The notes: generated by a model from the sequence alone, not told the origin. Counted from the first letter of the stretch, positions 13,836 through 29,484 are shown. The stretch: DNA of 64,000 bases from Eledone cirrhosa (GCA_964016885.1 OZ024742.1:192324001-192388000), one strand, 5' to 3'. A program made the numbers and translations.

Positions 13836-14528
13836 TAATTGTTTCTACTTTAGGCACAAGGCCAGCAATTACCCCAGTGCATTACTGGTACTTTATTTTA
13901 TCGACCCCGTAAGGATGAAAGGCAAAGTCAACCTCGGCGGGATTTGAACTCAGATCGTAAAGGGACGTAACTATGCTGGAAAGCATGGCGTCCGAGCCTC
14001 CACCGATAACATAATAGTAATAATAATTGTTTCTACATTAGGCACAAGGCCAGCAATAATCCAGTGTATTACTGGTACTTTATTTTATCGACCCCGTAAG
14101 GATGAAAGGCAAAGTCAACCTCGGCGGGATTTGAACTCAGTAATAATAATGTTTCTACTTTAGGCACAAAGGCCAGCGATTTGAAGGGAAGGGGGTCAGT
14201 CGATTAAGTCAATCCCAGTGCATTACTGGTACTTTATTTTATAAACCCCGTAAGGATGAAAGGTAGAGCTAACCTCGGCGTGATTTGAACTCAGAACGTA
14301 AAGGAATAATAACAATGGTTTCTCATATAGGCACAAGGCCAGCAATTTTGGGGGAGGGGAAAGTCGATTAAATCGACCCCAGTGCGTGACTGGTACTTTA
14401 TTTTATCGACCCCGTAAGGATGAAAGGCAAAGTTAACCTCGGCGGGATTTGAACTCAGATCGTAAAGGGCAACAACTCTATACTGCAAAACATGGTGTCT
14501 GACGCTCTACTGTAACTGCCAATCCCCC
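13836..14528 (-). mobile_element. Cluster of four head-to-tail family A SINE copies
   Basis: Repeated ttgtttctac.ttaggcacaaggccagc...tttatcgaccccgtaaggatgaaaggcaaagt.aacctcggcgggatttgaactcag. Confidence 0.88.
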
Positions 14529-14888
14529 ATGATAATAATTATAGCAATGATGATGATGAGAAAGATTGCTAAAAAAAATAATTACCCTTTTCTATTATAA
14601 TATGCGCGACAAGCTAAGAGTGCAAACCCGAATGATGTAGGTAGATAAGCATGTAATACATATATGTTCATATGTTCAGTTTTCATGTATCATGTATTCA
14701 ACGTAACCTTTTGGGAGACGATGCGATTAATTGTGTACCTAATTCGAGACATTGTTTTACTTCCTAAATTTCCCCGAAATAGTTGTTAAATATCAGTTTT
14801 AGATTGTTTCCTTTTTTTCTAACTTCATAACAAAGAATTTCAATTTTGTTTTTCTTTTAAGATAGTGTATTCTCATAGATTGTGCATT

Positions 14889-16582
<1,694 letters not shown>

Positions 16583-17323
16583 TATATTTATATATATATA
16601 TATATATATATATACGTAAATAAGACCGTTGTTACTCCAACTAGCCTACTCACGTTCAGCAAAAACCCTAAACTGAACGCTAACCTGTAGCCAAGCTTTC
16701 TGAAATACAATCAGCCACTCCTTGGGTGGTACTTTATTTATCGACACCCCGAAGATGCGAAAGGCAATGTTGAGCACAGAGAGCCGGGGCAAATATCTAT
16801 GGATTTTACTCTATTCTTCAACGTCGCTGACAATCTGTCGCCAATAAATTCTGGTGTATTCAACCCTTTCTCAATAATTTCCCTTCTTTTCCTTTCTTCA
16901 TTCTTTCACTAATACAACTTTCACTTTTCCCCCTTCTCTTAGCTCCTCCTCATTGAGTTATTCTAAAGATTATTGTAACATTATGCATGTATTACCGTTA
17001 CCTTTGCGCGACATTTTGTGTTTTCTTACTACTTACCACTTATAACTACCTCGCGTTGCAGATCTGTGGGGTCGATGGGGTTACAACAACTGTAAAAGGC
17101 TCCATTACATTATGACGTGAACTAAAGCTTGCTTGGGAAGCACCTAGACTATAAACAAATAAATACTTAGAGTGACTCGGGAGTATATGGTTTCAGTCTC
17201 TATGAGCTGCAGGTGTAGAGAATTCGGGAAGAAAGGAATGTTAAAACAGAGAACAGAAATATATTTGTAAAAAAATAAGAAAGAAAATATAGTTAATGGA
17301 AGATGAAAAACACTATATATGTT

Positions 17324-17438
<115 letters not shown>

Positions 17439-19127
17439 GTGTGTGTGTCTGTCTGTGTGTGTTTGTGTGGGTGTATATGTGTGTGTATATATATATACAC
17501 TCACACAAAAATTCCTGTGTAAGTGTTCGTTTAACACCTGCTGAGTTCACATGGGATTCCATGAAAAGGTTTGCTAAAGGACCTTGAATATATTTCATCA
17601 AATGATATTTAATATAGATAGAAGTGTCTTTGTTTATACAAACTTTATATATATGTATGAGATATACTTTTCTTACATTTTACAAATTAAATATTGAATG
17701 AATTCTTGGTTCATATTTTCCCAAATTGTTTTTATTTTTTATTTTTGAATGTGCAAAATTTTGTCCCCTAACCATATTCTACAATTCATTGCTGGGTAGG
17801 ATTTATCAATATTCACCATTAAAAAGATTGTTAAACATGTCCTTATCTTCCATATTCTTTAATAATAACTGTGATACTTCTATTCCACACTTCAGACATA
17901 TTGGTGCCGGTTTTCCAGGTTTAAACACACACACACATATATATATATGTATATATATTGTTATACTTGGGGAGGGTCATATTTGTGTAATATTGCCAGA
18001 ATTAATAACAGAACACACTCACTGTTTGGTTGGTTTTTATATATATAGAGAGAGAGAGATGGATGTGTATATTGCCCACTGAGATTAACCACGACCTAGA
18101 GCAAAAAGCGAACTGACAACCAAATACAATAGACTTTCCAGAGATTTATCTCAGCTTGAGAGAGAAATCTAACAGAATTCATATACATTTATTCCGTATA
18201 TGAATAAATATAAATTACTTGAACAGGCGTAAAGATGGTATTACACGGTAAATATACGAATGAAAATCAAGGCTTGAATTCTACTAAATGTTTCGAACTT
18301 GCATATGCTTATAGTTTTTCTTATTAGAGATTATGTAGAGATTGTTGGGGAGCAAGAGTTAAGCCATCGGAAAGTGTATTGGCGACACAATTTCGATTCC
18401 GGTCGAAGTCATTGAATTTCACTGGATGTCACTAATCCTTTATTAGTCGTATAAAACTTCAGCATTTCCAAAGACTCGGATAAATGATTCCAATTTCAGT
18501 TTGTTGTTATTGATTTGTTACTTAAGTGAAAGGCTAAAAGGTTAGAGTGAATGGAAAATATTATTGTACCCCAACTAAAAGTCATTTATCCTGAGCTTGC
18601 CTCTGTCACGCTTCAATTATCTGGCAGCAAAGCAAGGCTGATTGTACTAGCGAGGTGAAACGTTACGAGAACCCGAGGAAATATTTAGTAATCTAAAGTA
18701 TCGGGTTCAAACTTTCTTATCATTGAAAGCGACCAACATTCTTGGGCGAAAGCCAATCAACGGAGGAACGAACACTTCGTTGTGTGTTTTAAATATATAT
18801 ATAATTCACTGAAAGTCACAATGAAAATGTGTGGAAAATAGATTTCAACGATACGGTGAAAATAGCTGAGGAATTTAGATTGTAAAACTTATATGATACA
18901 CGTTAATATGAGAGGATGAATATAGAACGTGATAAGTTTGCAGAGTCGTTAGAGCTGAGGATATAATAGCGTAATATATTCGTTCCTGCAATCCGAGTTC
19001 AAATCTCATCAAGTTTAACTTTGCTTTTCATCCTTTCGGGCTCAGTAAAAATAAAAGTAAAGAGTGACCGAGCAGTACCGGGATCAATTTTTCTTTCGTT
19101 CTTTCTCCACGACTTTCTTTTTCTCAG

Positions 19128-19410
19128 GCTCTGCTGCACTTCGGGTTGAGGAGGATAAACTCTCCAAATAACGGTCGCGCTCCGACAAGTTTGCGGTCGA
19201 GCCCGTAACAGAGGAGTCTTCTGGTGTCCTTGGTCCTAGGACCACCTCCCTACTCAAAACCATAGGCAGGGAGTTGGCTACCCGGAAGTTTGAGCTTCGC
19301 GAGCTGGAATCACTATTCCAATGCGTTTCCCACACCATCGTCCGGGGAAACGCCTTATCTATTCCGTCCGCCGGGACTGCGGGGTGGCCTGCACGTGGAC
19401 CCCCATTTGC
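19128..19410 (+). mobile_element. Second CRE-like RLE retrotransposon 3' fragment
   Basis: Reads SAALRVEEDKLSK*RSRSDKFAVEPVTEESSGVLGPRTTSLLKTIGRELATRKFELRELESLFQCVSHTIVRGNALSI, homologous to 4100-4620. Confidence 0.72.
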
Positions 19411-19490
19411 TTATAGATGGTGATAGATGGTGAGAGCGAGAAAGACAAAGGCAGTGACAATGGGAATTTGATTCCATTATGTTCAGACAG

Positions 19491-19678
19491 GGCGGTGAAT
19501 TGGCAGTATCAGTAGTTGGTTGTACGCCCTGCTTTCTAGCATAGTTACGTCCCTTTACGGTTTGAGTTCAAATCCTGTCGAGGTTAACTTTGCCTTTCAT
19601 CCTTACGGGGTCGATAAAATAAAGTACCAGTAATGTACTGGGTAATTGCTGGCCTTTTGCCTAAAGTAGAAACAATTA
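19491..19678 (+). mobile_element. Full-length family A tRNA-derived SINE
   Basis: A-box tggcagtatcag, B-box gagttcaaatcc, conserved core, 3' end aaagtagaaacaatta. Confidence 0.88.
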
Positions 19679-20116
19679 TGTTCAGACATAATATGTATAT
19701 ATATATTTATTTACCACGACAGTATAACAACTATTTGCGATCTAGATAATTGAAATTATATATTTTCTCCCTATAAACATCATAAATTTAGACATCGGTT
19801 GTGGCTAGACAGAGAGATAGATGGGCTCCACCAGGTATTAAAATGCCCTGGACATGGTGTATGCCACGGCGGATTAAAACATTTGTATTTTTTCTTCTTT
19901 CTTAAATACGTGGCAAAGAGTTTTTATTGGAGAATTAGGGGTTAGAGAAAAATAAATTTACTTTTTTCTATTTATTTCTGGTGTGTAGATGAATGGGGAA
20001 AGATATTAATGTTTTGTTGGTTTATAAATATATAGACATTTAGTTGCCTTCCGTTGTCGCGTCAGTCTTATCTACCTAGAGATTTTCAAAGAGATGTGTG
20101 TATGTGTATACATACA

Positions 20117-20211
<95 letters not shown>

Positions 20212-20792
20212 ACACATACATACATATCTATATCTATCTATCTATCTATATATACATGGGAGAGGGGGGGGGGGGGTAAGTAATAACCAATACGTGACTG
20301 CGTTCCAGGTGGTAAGAAGTCGGTTAGTGGCAGAACTGATAAGAGTTTCTTTGGAAGTGTCAGAATAAAAACACAGACAGACTCTATGTAGGCATCCAGA
20401 ATCTTCTAGAGAAGATATAGTGAAAACAGATGTAACGTTTATTGCATACCTCCATACAAATATAAACTACCATCAGCCTGATGAATACCATCGCCACTGC
20501 CGTCTCTTTGTCTGTCGTTAACACCAGCAGCATAACCCTATCACTATCATTATCGTAATAGCCTCTTATTGCCACAGCACCAACCATCACCAGAGGGTCA
20601 TAAAATGGGTACTTGGCTTGCTAGTAATTGTAGCCAAAGACACTTCTGTCATGGAGAAAAGACGGATAAACCGCATAATGCAGTTTTAGAAATTATTAGA
20701 AATGAGAGGATAGGCCCGAGAGACAATAGAAAGATTTCTGAATTTAATTATCAATAAGTAGTAAGTTGGTAGTGTGTTTTCGTCCCGTAAAG

Positions 20793-20848
<56 letters not shown>

Positions 20849-20849
<1 letters not shown>

Positions 20850-21002
20850 CGAAGGAAATGTGGTAAGGAACCAAGTGGACCATAACGCACCAAAGTACTC
20901 AATACTTAGGGTAGTAGAGTGGGTAATAGGAACGACGGCTAATTCTGGTCCAGAATTAGCTGTCGAAACGGCTTGAGCTCAGCCGTCGGGGTCCTACTCG
21001 TT

Positions 21003-21004
<2 letters not shown>
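20849..21004 (-). mobile_element. Family P palindromic hammerhead-derived element, copy 2 (one arm partly deleted)
   Basis: Same tail and gtcgaaacggcttgagctcagccgtcggggtcctactcgttcc motif; (TA)n on both sides. Confidence 0.85.
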
Positions 21005-21058
<54 letters not shown>

Positions 21059-21317
21059 CTTGTTTGTGTTTTTGCTGGTTCGTCCGCAGACTTGATGTGA
21101 TTTTTGTGTTAACACTGGTCTGAGGATCAGGTAGTATTGGAGTTTGGTCTGGGGGTGCCATTCCATATCACGAGCCAGCTGCTTGGGAAACATTTGTGAC
21201 CAGAATTAAGCAATACATCTCCTATGTAACATCTCCACATTCGTCAAGTATGACATTTGTAGGGAATTGTAGAAAAAAAAAATTCTACAAAGTTCATACT
21301 TGATGAATATATATATA

Positions 21318-22201
21318 CGAGGTGTGTCAGAAAAGTTCCAGGACTGATGTCACAAAAGATTTGTTTCAAACCCAAACTTCCCACTAAGAGTTTTCTCATT
21401 CAAAGTAATCACCCTGGAGTCTAATGCACTTTTTCATCCTTTTCTGCCACGCTTGCATGAACCCCTGGAAGTATTCTTCCGGGATCCTCCGCAGTTCCGT
21501 CGTCACGGCCTTTTTGATGTTGTCCACGTCTTCAAAACGGGTCCCTTCCGGGTCGTACTCGAAGATCCATGACTCACCGGTGATGACTGTCCCTAGCAAG
21601 TCTGGTTCGGTTTCAAGACGTTCGAAGATGTCCTGGCACACTTGCATGCGTCGACCCTTCTGGTCATAGTTCAGCAGTTTTGGCACCAACTTCGCGCAGA
21701 CTTTCCGCATGTCCAAATCTTCAGTGAGAATCTTCCAGACGCTGTCCCGATTCATGCCCAGCTCATTTGCCATCAGTCGAACAGTCAGCCGACGATCGCT
21801 ACGCGCCATCTGCCTGACGCGCTCAACGTTGACCTCAGTCCTGGTTGTTGAGGGCCCTTCCGCTCCTGAGGTCATCTTGCACCACTCAAAAACACGTGAG
21901 CGTGACATCGTCTCATCTCCATACACTTGCTGCAACAATCCCAGTGCTTCTGACGGAGTTTTCCCCAACTGTACCAGAAACTTCAAGTTTGTTCGTTGCT
22001 CTGTGCTCATTGCTTGACGACCTGAAACAGAGGACATGTATATAAAATTATGAAGAAAAAAGTTTGATCGCTGCAGAGAGCTAAGATTACAGTTACATAC
22101 TCCATGGGGATTACTTTGAAGGAGAAAACTCTTAGTGTGAAGTTTGGGTTTGAAATAAATCTTTTGTGACATCAGTCCTGGAACTTTTCTGACACACCTC
22201 G
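21318..22201 (-). mobile_element. Mariner-family DNA transposon, internally deleted (884 bp), ~104-bp TIRs, TA flanks
   Basis: TIRs cgaggtgtgtcagaaaagttccaggactga... / ...tcagtcctggaacttttctgacacacctcg, TA on each side; mariner transposase motifs on the minus strand. Confidence 0.95.
21396..22010 (-). pseudogene. Truncated mariner transposase (HTH retained, most of the DD34D domain deleted)
   Basis: MSTEQRTNLKF..GKTPSE..VYGDETMSRSRVFEW..RKVCAKLVPKLL..VITG(D)ESWIFEYDPE joined directly to GTRFEDV..GDYFE; the catalytic aspartate region is missing. Confidence 0.9.
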
Positions 22202-22499
22202 TATATATATATATACATATAGAATTTATCGATGTGCTATTCGGACGATAGCAACGCAGTTTATGTCACGTATCCTGGAATTCATTGTTTCAGTATAGCC
22301 TATAATGATTTGATTTTGAAAAGGTTGGGAATAGAAGACGAAGGCAACGTGGTAACCACATACAGATGACAACAAACAAACACACACAATATATATATAT
22401 ATTAAAGGACGATCGACTTTCGTCAAATCGGACCGAGGGAACAATGTTTCCGTTGGTCTTTCAAATTGCTAATACTATCTATCGGTCGCAACTCCAGGT

Positions 22500-23286
<787 letters not shown>

Positions 23287-23364
23287 GTGTAAGTTTATCC
23301 CGGGTTCAATCGGGGGTAAACACAGTAAGTAAGGTACTGAATACATAACAGAGAATAAACATTT

Positions 23365-23461
23365 GATATAGAAATGGCTTTTACATGACTAGAACTCTTT
23401 CATTCAGGAGAAATCCTCCAAAATGAAACAGCTCTAGTCCTGAAGAAGTCATTTCTATATC
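23365..23461. repeat. Inverted repeat, 46-bp arms with a 5-nt loop
   Basis: 23365-23410 vs 23416-23461, 8 mismatches by manual alignment; the right arm contains gaaacagctctagtc. Confidence 0.85.
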
Positions 23462-23558
23462 CTGTAGAACCCACATCTGTACTACTGAAAATAATCACTT
23501 TGTATCATAATTCGGTGATAGAATATACTAAAATGTCTTATTACCTTCTATTACTTTT

Positions 23559-23740
23559 GGATTGGCAGTATCGGTAGAGGGTCGGACGCCATGCTTTCCA
23601 ACATAGTTACGTCCCTTTACGATCTGAGTTCAAATCCCGCCGAGGTTGACTTTGCCTTTCATCCTTACGGGGTCGATAAAATAAAGTAACAGTAATGTAC
23701 TGGGTAATTGCTGGCCTTGTGCCTAAAGTAGAAACAATTA
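23559..23740 (+). mobile_element. Full-length family A tRNA-derived SINE (reference-like copy)
   Basis: ggattggcagtatcggtagag...gagttcaaatcccgccgaggttgactttgcctttcatccttacggggtcgataaaataaag...aaagtagaaacaatta. Confidence 0.92.
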
Positions 23741-25072
23741 CTTTCTATTAAACAGCCTCAGCAACAAAATGATTCCTGTGGTGGTCTCTCTGAGACTCGG
23801 ATTTAGGTAATGTAACACAGATACCAAACTTGGTTCAGTAATATGTGGCGATGAACACTATTCTGTTATGAAAGCAGGGAACTACGAGAAGACACTAGAA
23901 CAAGTATATATGAATATATGTATATCTAACTCAATTTTAGAGATATTAAACTCACATTAAATTATAGATTGTTCTTGTTTTCCGTTTGATATTCATGGTC
24001 TGATTTTATTGTAAATTTCTAACCAGATGAAATTTTACGTGCTGATTACTGATGTCACATTACCCCCCCCCCCCTCTTTTTTTTTGAGAAAGAAATAAAA
24101 AAATTTACAGCTCTTTAAATACTGAATTTTTAAACTAATTTGAGTCAAATAGATTTATCCACACTTTACACATCACCTATAACAAAAGAGATCTATTTTA
24201 TGGAGAAAACTACAAGAAATTCAAACCATGTGTGTTAACACCTTCGTTACCATATTTCTAATGAATGACACAGCTTATGTGTTTCAATATCTTCTTAAAT
24301 AAGCATAAATTTTCAGAGGAAGTTAATAATGCAATTACATTTCACATTATTAAATTGCTGTTCGGAAGATAATTCAATAAATGTTCTCATATTAATTATT
24401 ATAGCTTTTTAAATGAAGATGAACACTTTAAAATGGGCAATTTGCTATCATGAAACTAGTGGCAATTTTAGGCAGTTTGGTATCAAATTATTAAATGGAA
24501 AATAGGCCTTGGTAGCAGTTTTGTTGTAACGGAGAGGGAAAAGGCTTGAACGGAAGAAAAAAAAAACGTAAAGACTTGAGCTAAAAATAAAACAATTCTA
24601 AAAACTCGAATCAAAATTACATTAGACTTATCTTCGACTTTACATTGTTCACTACTACATAACAAGAACAAAATTATATATTTGTGTGTGGTTTGTATAT
24701 ATGTGATTATCTGGCAGTTGTTTTGCACGGTATTACTTTCGGTCTACGCAGGGGTAAATTATTACATTAACTTTTTCACTACTCTATAACAAAATTAGTA
24801 ACATGAACAATATCATCATCACCACCACCACCACCACCACCACCGCCACCAATAGTAACAGCGATAACAACATTGACAGCAATAAAAGAAAAAAAGTTGC
24901 CAATATCTGTGTATGTATGATGTGAGGATCAATTCAGCAATGTTTTCCATGCTAAGACTTTCGTTCTGGACAGGGACAAATTATAATTTTACTTAGGTCG
25001 TTACTACACACCAGTAACAAAAACAACTGGATGTGTGGGATTTGTGAGTGTATGTGTGTTGTGTGTGTGTGA

Positions 25073-25171
<99 letters not shown>

Positions 25172-25289
25172 AGTGTGTGTATGTGTGTGTGTGTGCATAG
25201 TTATCTCGCAATCGAATTGTTTTGTGTTACTATCTGTAAATGGACACATTTTTTTAAATTACTTTGTTCGTTACTAAATTTCATGGGGA

Positions 25290-25525
25290 GGTGTGTGGCC
25301 TAATGGTAAGGGTGCTGGACTTACGATTCCTGAGCTGGGTTGCGTTCTTGAGCAAAACAACTCATTTCCCATTGCTTCAGTATACTCAGCTGAAAATGAG
25401 TACCAGCAATAACTGTGGGTTTAAACCTGACATCCTGTCCAGTGGCGGTGAGAATTTTATTCTCATTCGCTTCACTCCAAGGAAACCGGGTTAAGCACTG
25501 GCCTGATAAGCCTCCGAGTTCGAGA
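25290..25525 (+). mobile_element. tRNA-derived SINE family B, degenerate
   Basis: ggtgtgtggcctaatggtaaggg...ttcttgagcaaaacaac...actcagctgaaaatgagtacc. Confidence 0.7.
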
Positions 25526-25980
25526 CCGATTTAAGACTTTCAAAATAACATGTGAAGGGACGTGATTTGATGGGTTAGGTGTTCGTCTCCCAATCGTAAG
25601 AGGATGAGTTCAATTATTTGTTCAATGCTTTATTGCACTTTACTCCAGTCCACTCTGCTGGCATAAACGAGTTGTATTTGCTATTCAAAGGCTCGGATAT
25701 GTCATTCACTTGGGCATGCTGAATCTCTTCGACAACTACGTCATTGGTGCATGAGTTTATATAATTCTTCGTCACTTTTATTTTATCTTTCCCAATCCTT
25801 TATTTCACTAGCCGTGTATAAATTTAAAATATAAAAAAATGTGCATAAAATAAAAATGTATGATACACTATTTACAAAGAAGAGAATAAAAAGTACTTAG
25901 AATGGAATGAAGTGGTTCATTATTGAGAACGTGCTAATCAGGCTAGTGGGGCCATTGAGAATGTTGATACCCCCCCCCCC

Positions 25981-26011
<31 letters not shown>

Positions 26012-26370
26012 TATCATACTTTTCATGAGGGCCTTTAAAAGAAGTTAATTTAACGAGCAGGCTATTAGGTTCTTCGAACAACTGGGAGACTCGTTGGCGT
26101 AACAGATGAGGGTCCAACACTACATATCAATAATGTGTGTATGTGTGTATGTGTGTATGTGTGTATGTGCGTATGATTACCTGGTATTTGTTTTACTTGG
26201 TGTTATGATGTAAATGTTGTCTTCACACTAAAAGTATTCCACATCATTCAACTTTCCAATTGGCCTGAAGAACACATCATTAATGAAATAACAAGAGTCG
26301 AGCACCATTTGTATGTGTATGTGTGTGCATCTCTCTGTCTCCTCCTCCTCTCTCTCTCTCTCTCTCTCTC

Positions 26371-26452
<82 letters not shown>

Positions 26453-26577
26453 TCTCTCCCTCTCATCTCTCTCTCTTTCTCTCTCTCTGACACATAGGCA
26501 TATATATGTGTATATTCCTATGTTGTAAACACTTGGAGTAATAATAAATCAGGAAATATAATAATAAATTGCGAGAA

Positions 26578-26685
26578 TGCTCCGATGAACTGACTGGTTA
26601 TAACTTTGTATTGGCGATCGAGTAACGTGAAAATAAGCGGATAGCGATCTCTAGACCTACCAGTTCAGAGAAACAATTGTCAGCA
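26578..26685 (+). ncRNA. Type-I hammerhead motif, CCGAUGA core variant, extended stem II
   Basis: tgct-CCGATGA-a ctgactggt...accagttcag a-GAAA-c(aatt)g-TC-agca; palindromic loop III, GUC triplet. Confidence 0.65.
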
Positions 26686-26752
26686 ATGAGATTAAAAACC
26701 TATTTTGTATAGCAAACCGTGTCACTCTTCTTTCCTAATTTATATATATATA

Positions 26753-26891
26753 TACAATGTGTGTTTTATAAATTTTGACATAGCCAAGGAACATACCTTA
26801 ACGGTTGAAGTTTTCCTTGGATAACTTCAAACGTTAAGGTATGTTCCTTGGCTATGTCAATATTTATAAAATTTATAAAACACACTTTGTA
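26753..26891. repeat. Fold-back inverted repeat immediately 5' of hammerhead 26890
   Basis: 26753-26812 is the reverse complement of 26823-26891 (one 9-bp indel); starts at a (TA)n tract. Confidence 0.9.
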
Positions 26892-26951
26892 TTTTATCTG
26901 ATGAAAGCGTACCAAAGTTTTTGGTACCCTTGAAATATATATAATAGAATA
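26890..26951 (+). ncRNA. Minimal type-I hammerhead ribozyme, family H1
   Basis: tattttat-CTGATGA-aagcgtaccaaa(gttt)tttggtaccctt-like stem II-GAAA-t(atat)a-TA-atagaata. Palindromic tetraloop, predicted cleavage after 26943, overlapping AATAAA. Confidence 0.88.
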
Positions 26952-27087
26952 AATATGGTTTTATAAATATAGTTTCCATTTATTTAATATCATTGAATAT
27001 TATACTCCAGTAAATATGTCGAGTGCTCTGAATCAGTTATAAACATTTATATTTGTTGAATTACCAACAAATTGAATATCCCTTCTG

Positions 27088-27156
<69 letters not shown>

Positions 27157-27535
27157 TCTTGGAGCAACGGATATGAACTTCCCGATATAAGGTTTTGATT
27201 CTCTTTGTTTATTTTTATATATGAACATTGATTGTTTATTGTATCTCATTCTGTTATTTTGCCCGAGAAAATATCTATGTGTGTCATCAAATGATGTACA
27301 CATATGTGTATTTTTTCAAATTCCAATTGAGTTCTAGCACGTGGCTTGAATTCCTTTTAGAATTCATTGTCCTGCGCATGTCTTGTTTTTTGGCGGTAAT
27401 TCTCCTTCCTCTTTTTTTGAGACAGTATGAGAATTTCTTTAGAACTGCTGGGCTAGCAACCTAACAGCTACCTCAAGCACTGATGGTGATTATCGCTAAA
27501 TATTGATGTTGATTCAATATTAATATTATAGGGCA

Positions 27536-27662
27536 CCCACTGAAGAATTATAAGAGCTCACTTGAATAAGTATCTGTTGATCTTATACAAGCTTCTACAT
27601 AAATTGGTATAATTTCACCTAACTTGTAGGAATCTTATAATGAAACGAGACGTCCGTCTGGG
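27536..27662 (+). ncRNA. Type-I hammerhead motif with extended stem II
   Basis: ccca-CTGAAGA-attataaga...tcttataat-GAAA-cg(agacgtc)cg-TC-tggg. Perfect 9-bp base of stem II, palindrome GACGTC in loop III, GUC triplet. Confidence 0.75.
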
Positions 27663-27832
27663 AAGAGATATATTTGATATATCTCATATGAAATAATACA
27701 GCCAATTTTCCACACAATACAATTAGTTAGCACCCCGAACGTTTAATTAGGAATATACTCACTTATTTCCTAATGTTTGTTGAGTGAGTTGGGATTTGGT
27801 CGGAGTATCGCTATTAGCTTTCTCCGATAATG

Positions 27833-27872
<40 letters not shown>

Positions 27873-27896
27873 TGTATGTATGTATATATATATGTA

Positions 27897-27975
<79 letters not shown>

Positions 27976-28015
27976 GCCATGACTGAATTTAGTCAAGGTA
28001 TGTCATGCATCATCT

Positions 28016-28082
28016 TATTTTATCTGATGAGGACATACTGTTGAAGATAGCTCAGTACCTCTGAAATATGTATAATAAAATA
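28016..28082 (+). ncRNA. Minimal type-I hammerhead ribozyme, H1-related
   Basis: tattttat-CTGATGA-ggacatactg...cagtacctct-GAAA-t(atgt)a-TA-ataaaata. Perfect 8-bp stem I, predicted cleavage after 28074. Confidence 0.82.
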
Positions 28083-28339
28083 TATATGATCACACGAATG
28101 TCTATATTTGCTAATATTTTGAATTAATATATATATATTTATATATATATATATATATAAATATAATACAGAACACCCGCCTTCCCTAAGTACAAAGCGA
28201 AACCTACAGTCAGTAGGCACCTCTAACAAAAATACACCCCCGTCCCACTACCCCCACCCCATCCACACCACCCCTTTCGATGTAAAGTTATGTTGGTACC
28301 ACAACATCCAGTCCGAAATAAATGAGGTCGTGTAGGTGT

Positions 28340-28566
28340 CACGACAAAAAAACACACAGTCCACGCTGTAATGTGGCCGTGTAGGTAACACGGTAAAAAC
28401 CTCCCAGTCCACTCTGTAAACGTGGTTGGTGTTAGGAAGGGCATCCAGCCGTAGAAAACCCGCCAGACAGTCCTATACGAGCAAGACAACCAATCTTGCC
28501 TCAAGTGGGAAAATTCCCGTCCAAACCCATGCAAGCGTGGAAGATGGACGTTAAACGATGATGATG

Positions 28567-28568
<2 letters not shown>
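28340..28568 (+). mobile_element. RTE-type LINE/SINE 3' tail
   Basis: ggttggtgttaggaagggcatccagccgtagaaaacc...gatggacgttaaac followed by (GAT)n; resembles RTE 3' UTRs from memory. Confidence 0.55.
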
Positions 28569-28609
<41 letters not shown>

Positions 28610-28945
28610 CATATGTCTGTGTCAGAGAGAGATGTGTGTGTGTGCGTGTGCTTATATGTCTATATATATACACATATGTATGTGTGTCAGAGAGAGAGAT
28701 GAGAGAAAGAGAGAGAGAAAGATGTGTGTGTGCGTGTGCTTATATGTCTATATATGTATACATATGTGTCTATGTATGTTGTTGAATGTGCACACGCACA
28801 ATACATAGATGTTTGTATAAGGTACATCATAGAGATATAGACACACCCATATGTTATGGAAGGGAAGGTGGGAAGGAGATTAAGCCAAACACTCAACTAC
28901 ATGCTTTAGGAAAAACCTATTTTAAAGTTTTATACTAATAATGTC

Positions 28946-28977
<32 letters not shown>

Positions 28978-28978
28978 A

Positions 28979-29035
<57 letters not shown>

Positions 29036-29232
29036 GATGTATATATATATATACATATATATCAGATAAATATAACTTCTTGTTTTGTTGGGCAGATTAG
29101 TTCTTGATTTAAATAGTTGTGTTGGTGTTTCACAACCACTTTAGTGTTAAAATATAACCAACTAATGTAGCTATAGTATTTTTTTTATATCTTAATTGGC
29201 ATAGCATATATGTATATATATGTATATATACA

Positions 29233-29272
<40 letters not shown>

Positions 29273-29484
29273 GTATATATATGTAAATGTATATGTATAT
29301 ATATATAAGTTGAAATAGAATGAAACGAAATTTCATTTCTCACTCTTAGTACGGCACTTACTTATCGTTTTCGGTGCGCCTGGCCGACTGAACTCACTCG
29401 ATATGCAAATTAGGCTGCTCAGCCGTTAATTTTCATAAGGAAAGTATATACTTTCGAACGGTCAACCATCTGGCAGAAGGGTAT

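Noticed and set aside
17730-17925. Minus-strand PAPICLKCG resembling a LINE zinc knuckle
   Set aside because: Too short and lacks the downstream H/C residues.
23559-23645. Possible tRNA genes (A/B boxes; also positions 1-35 on the minus strand)
   Set aside because: No complete cloverleaf; they are, or most likely are, SINE heads.
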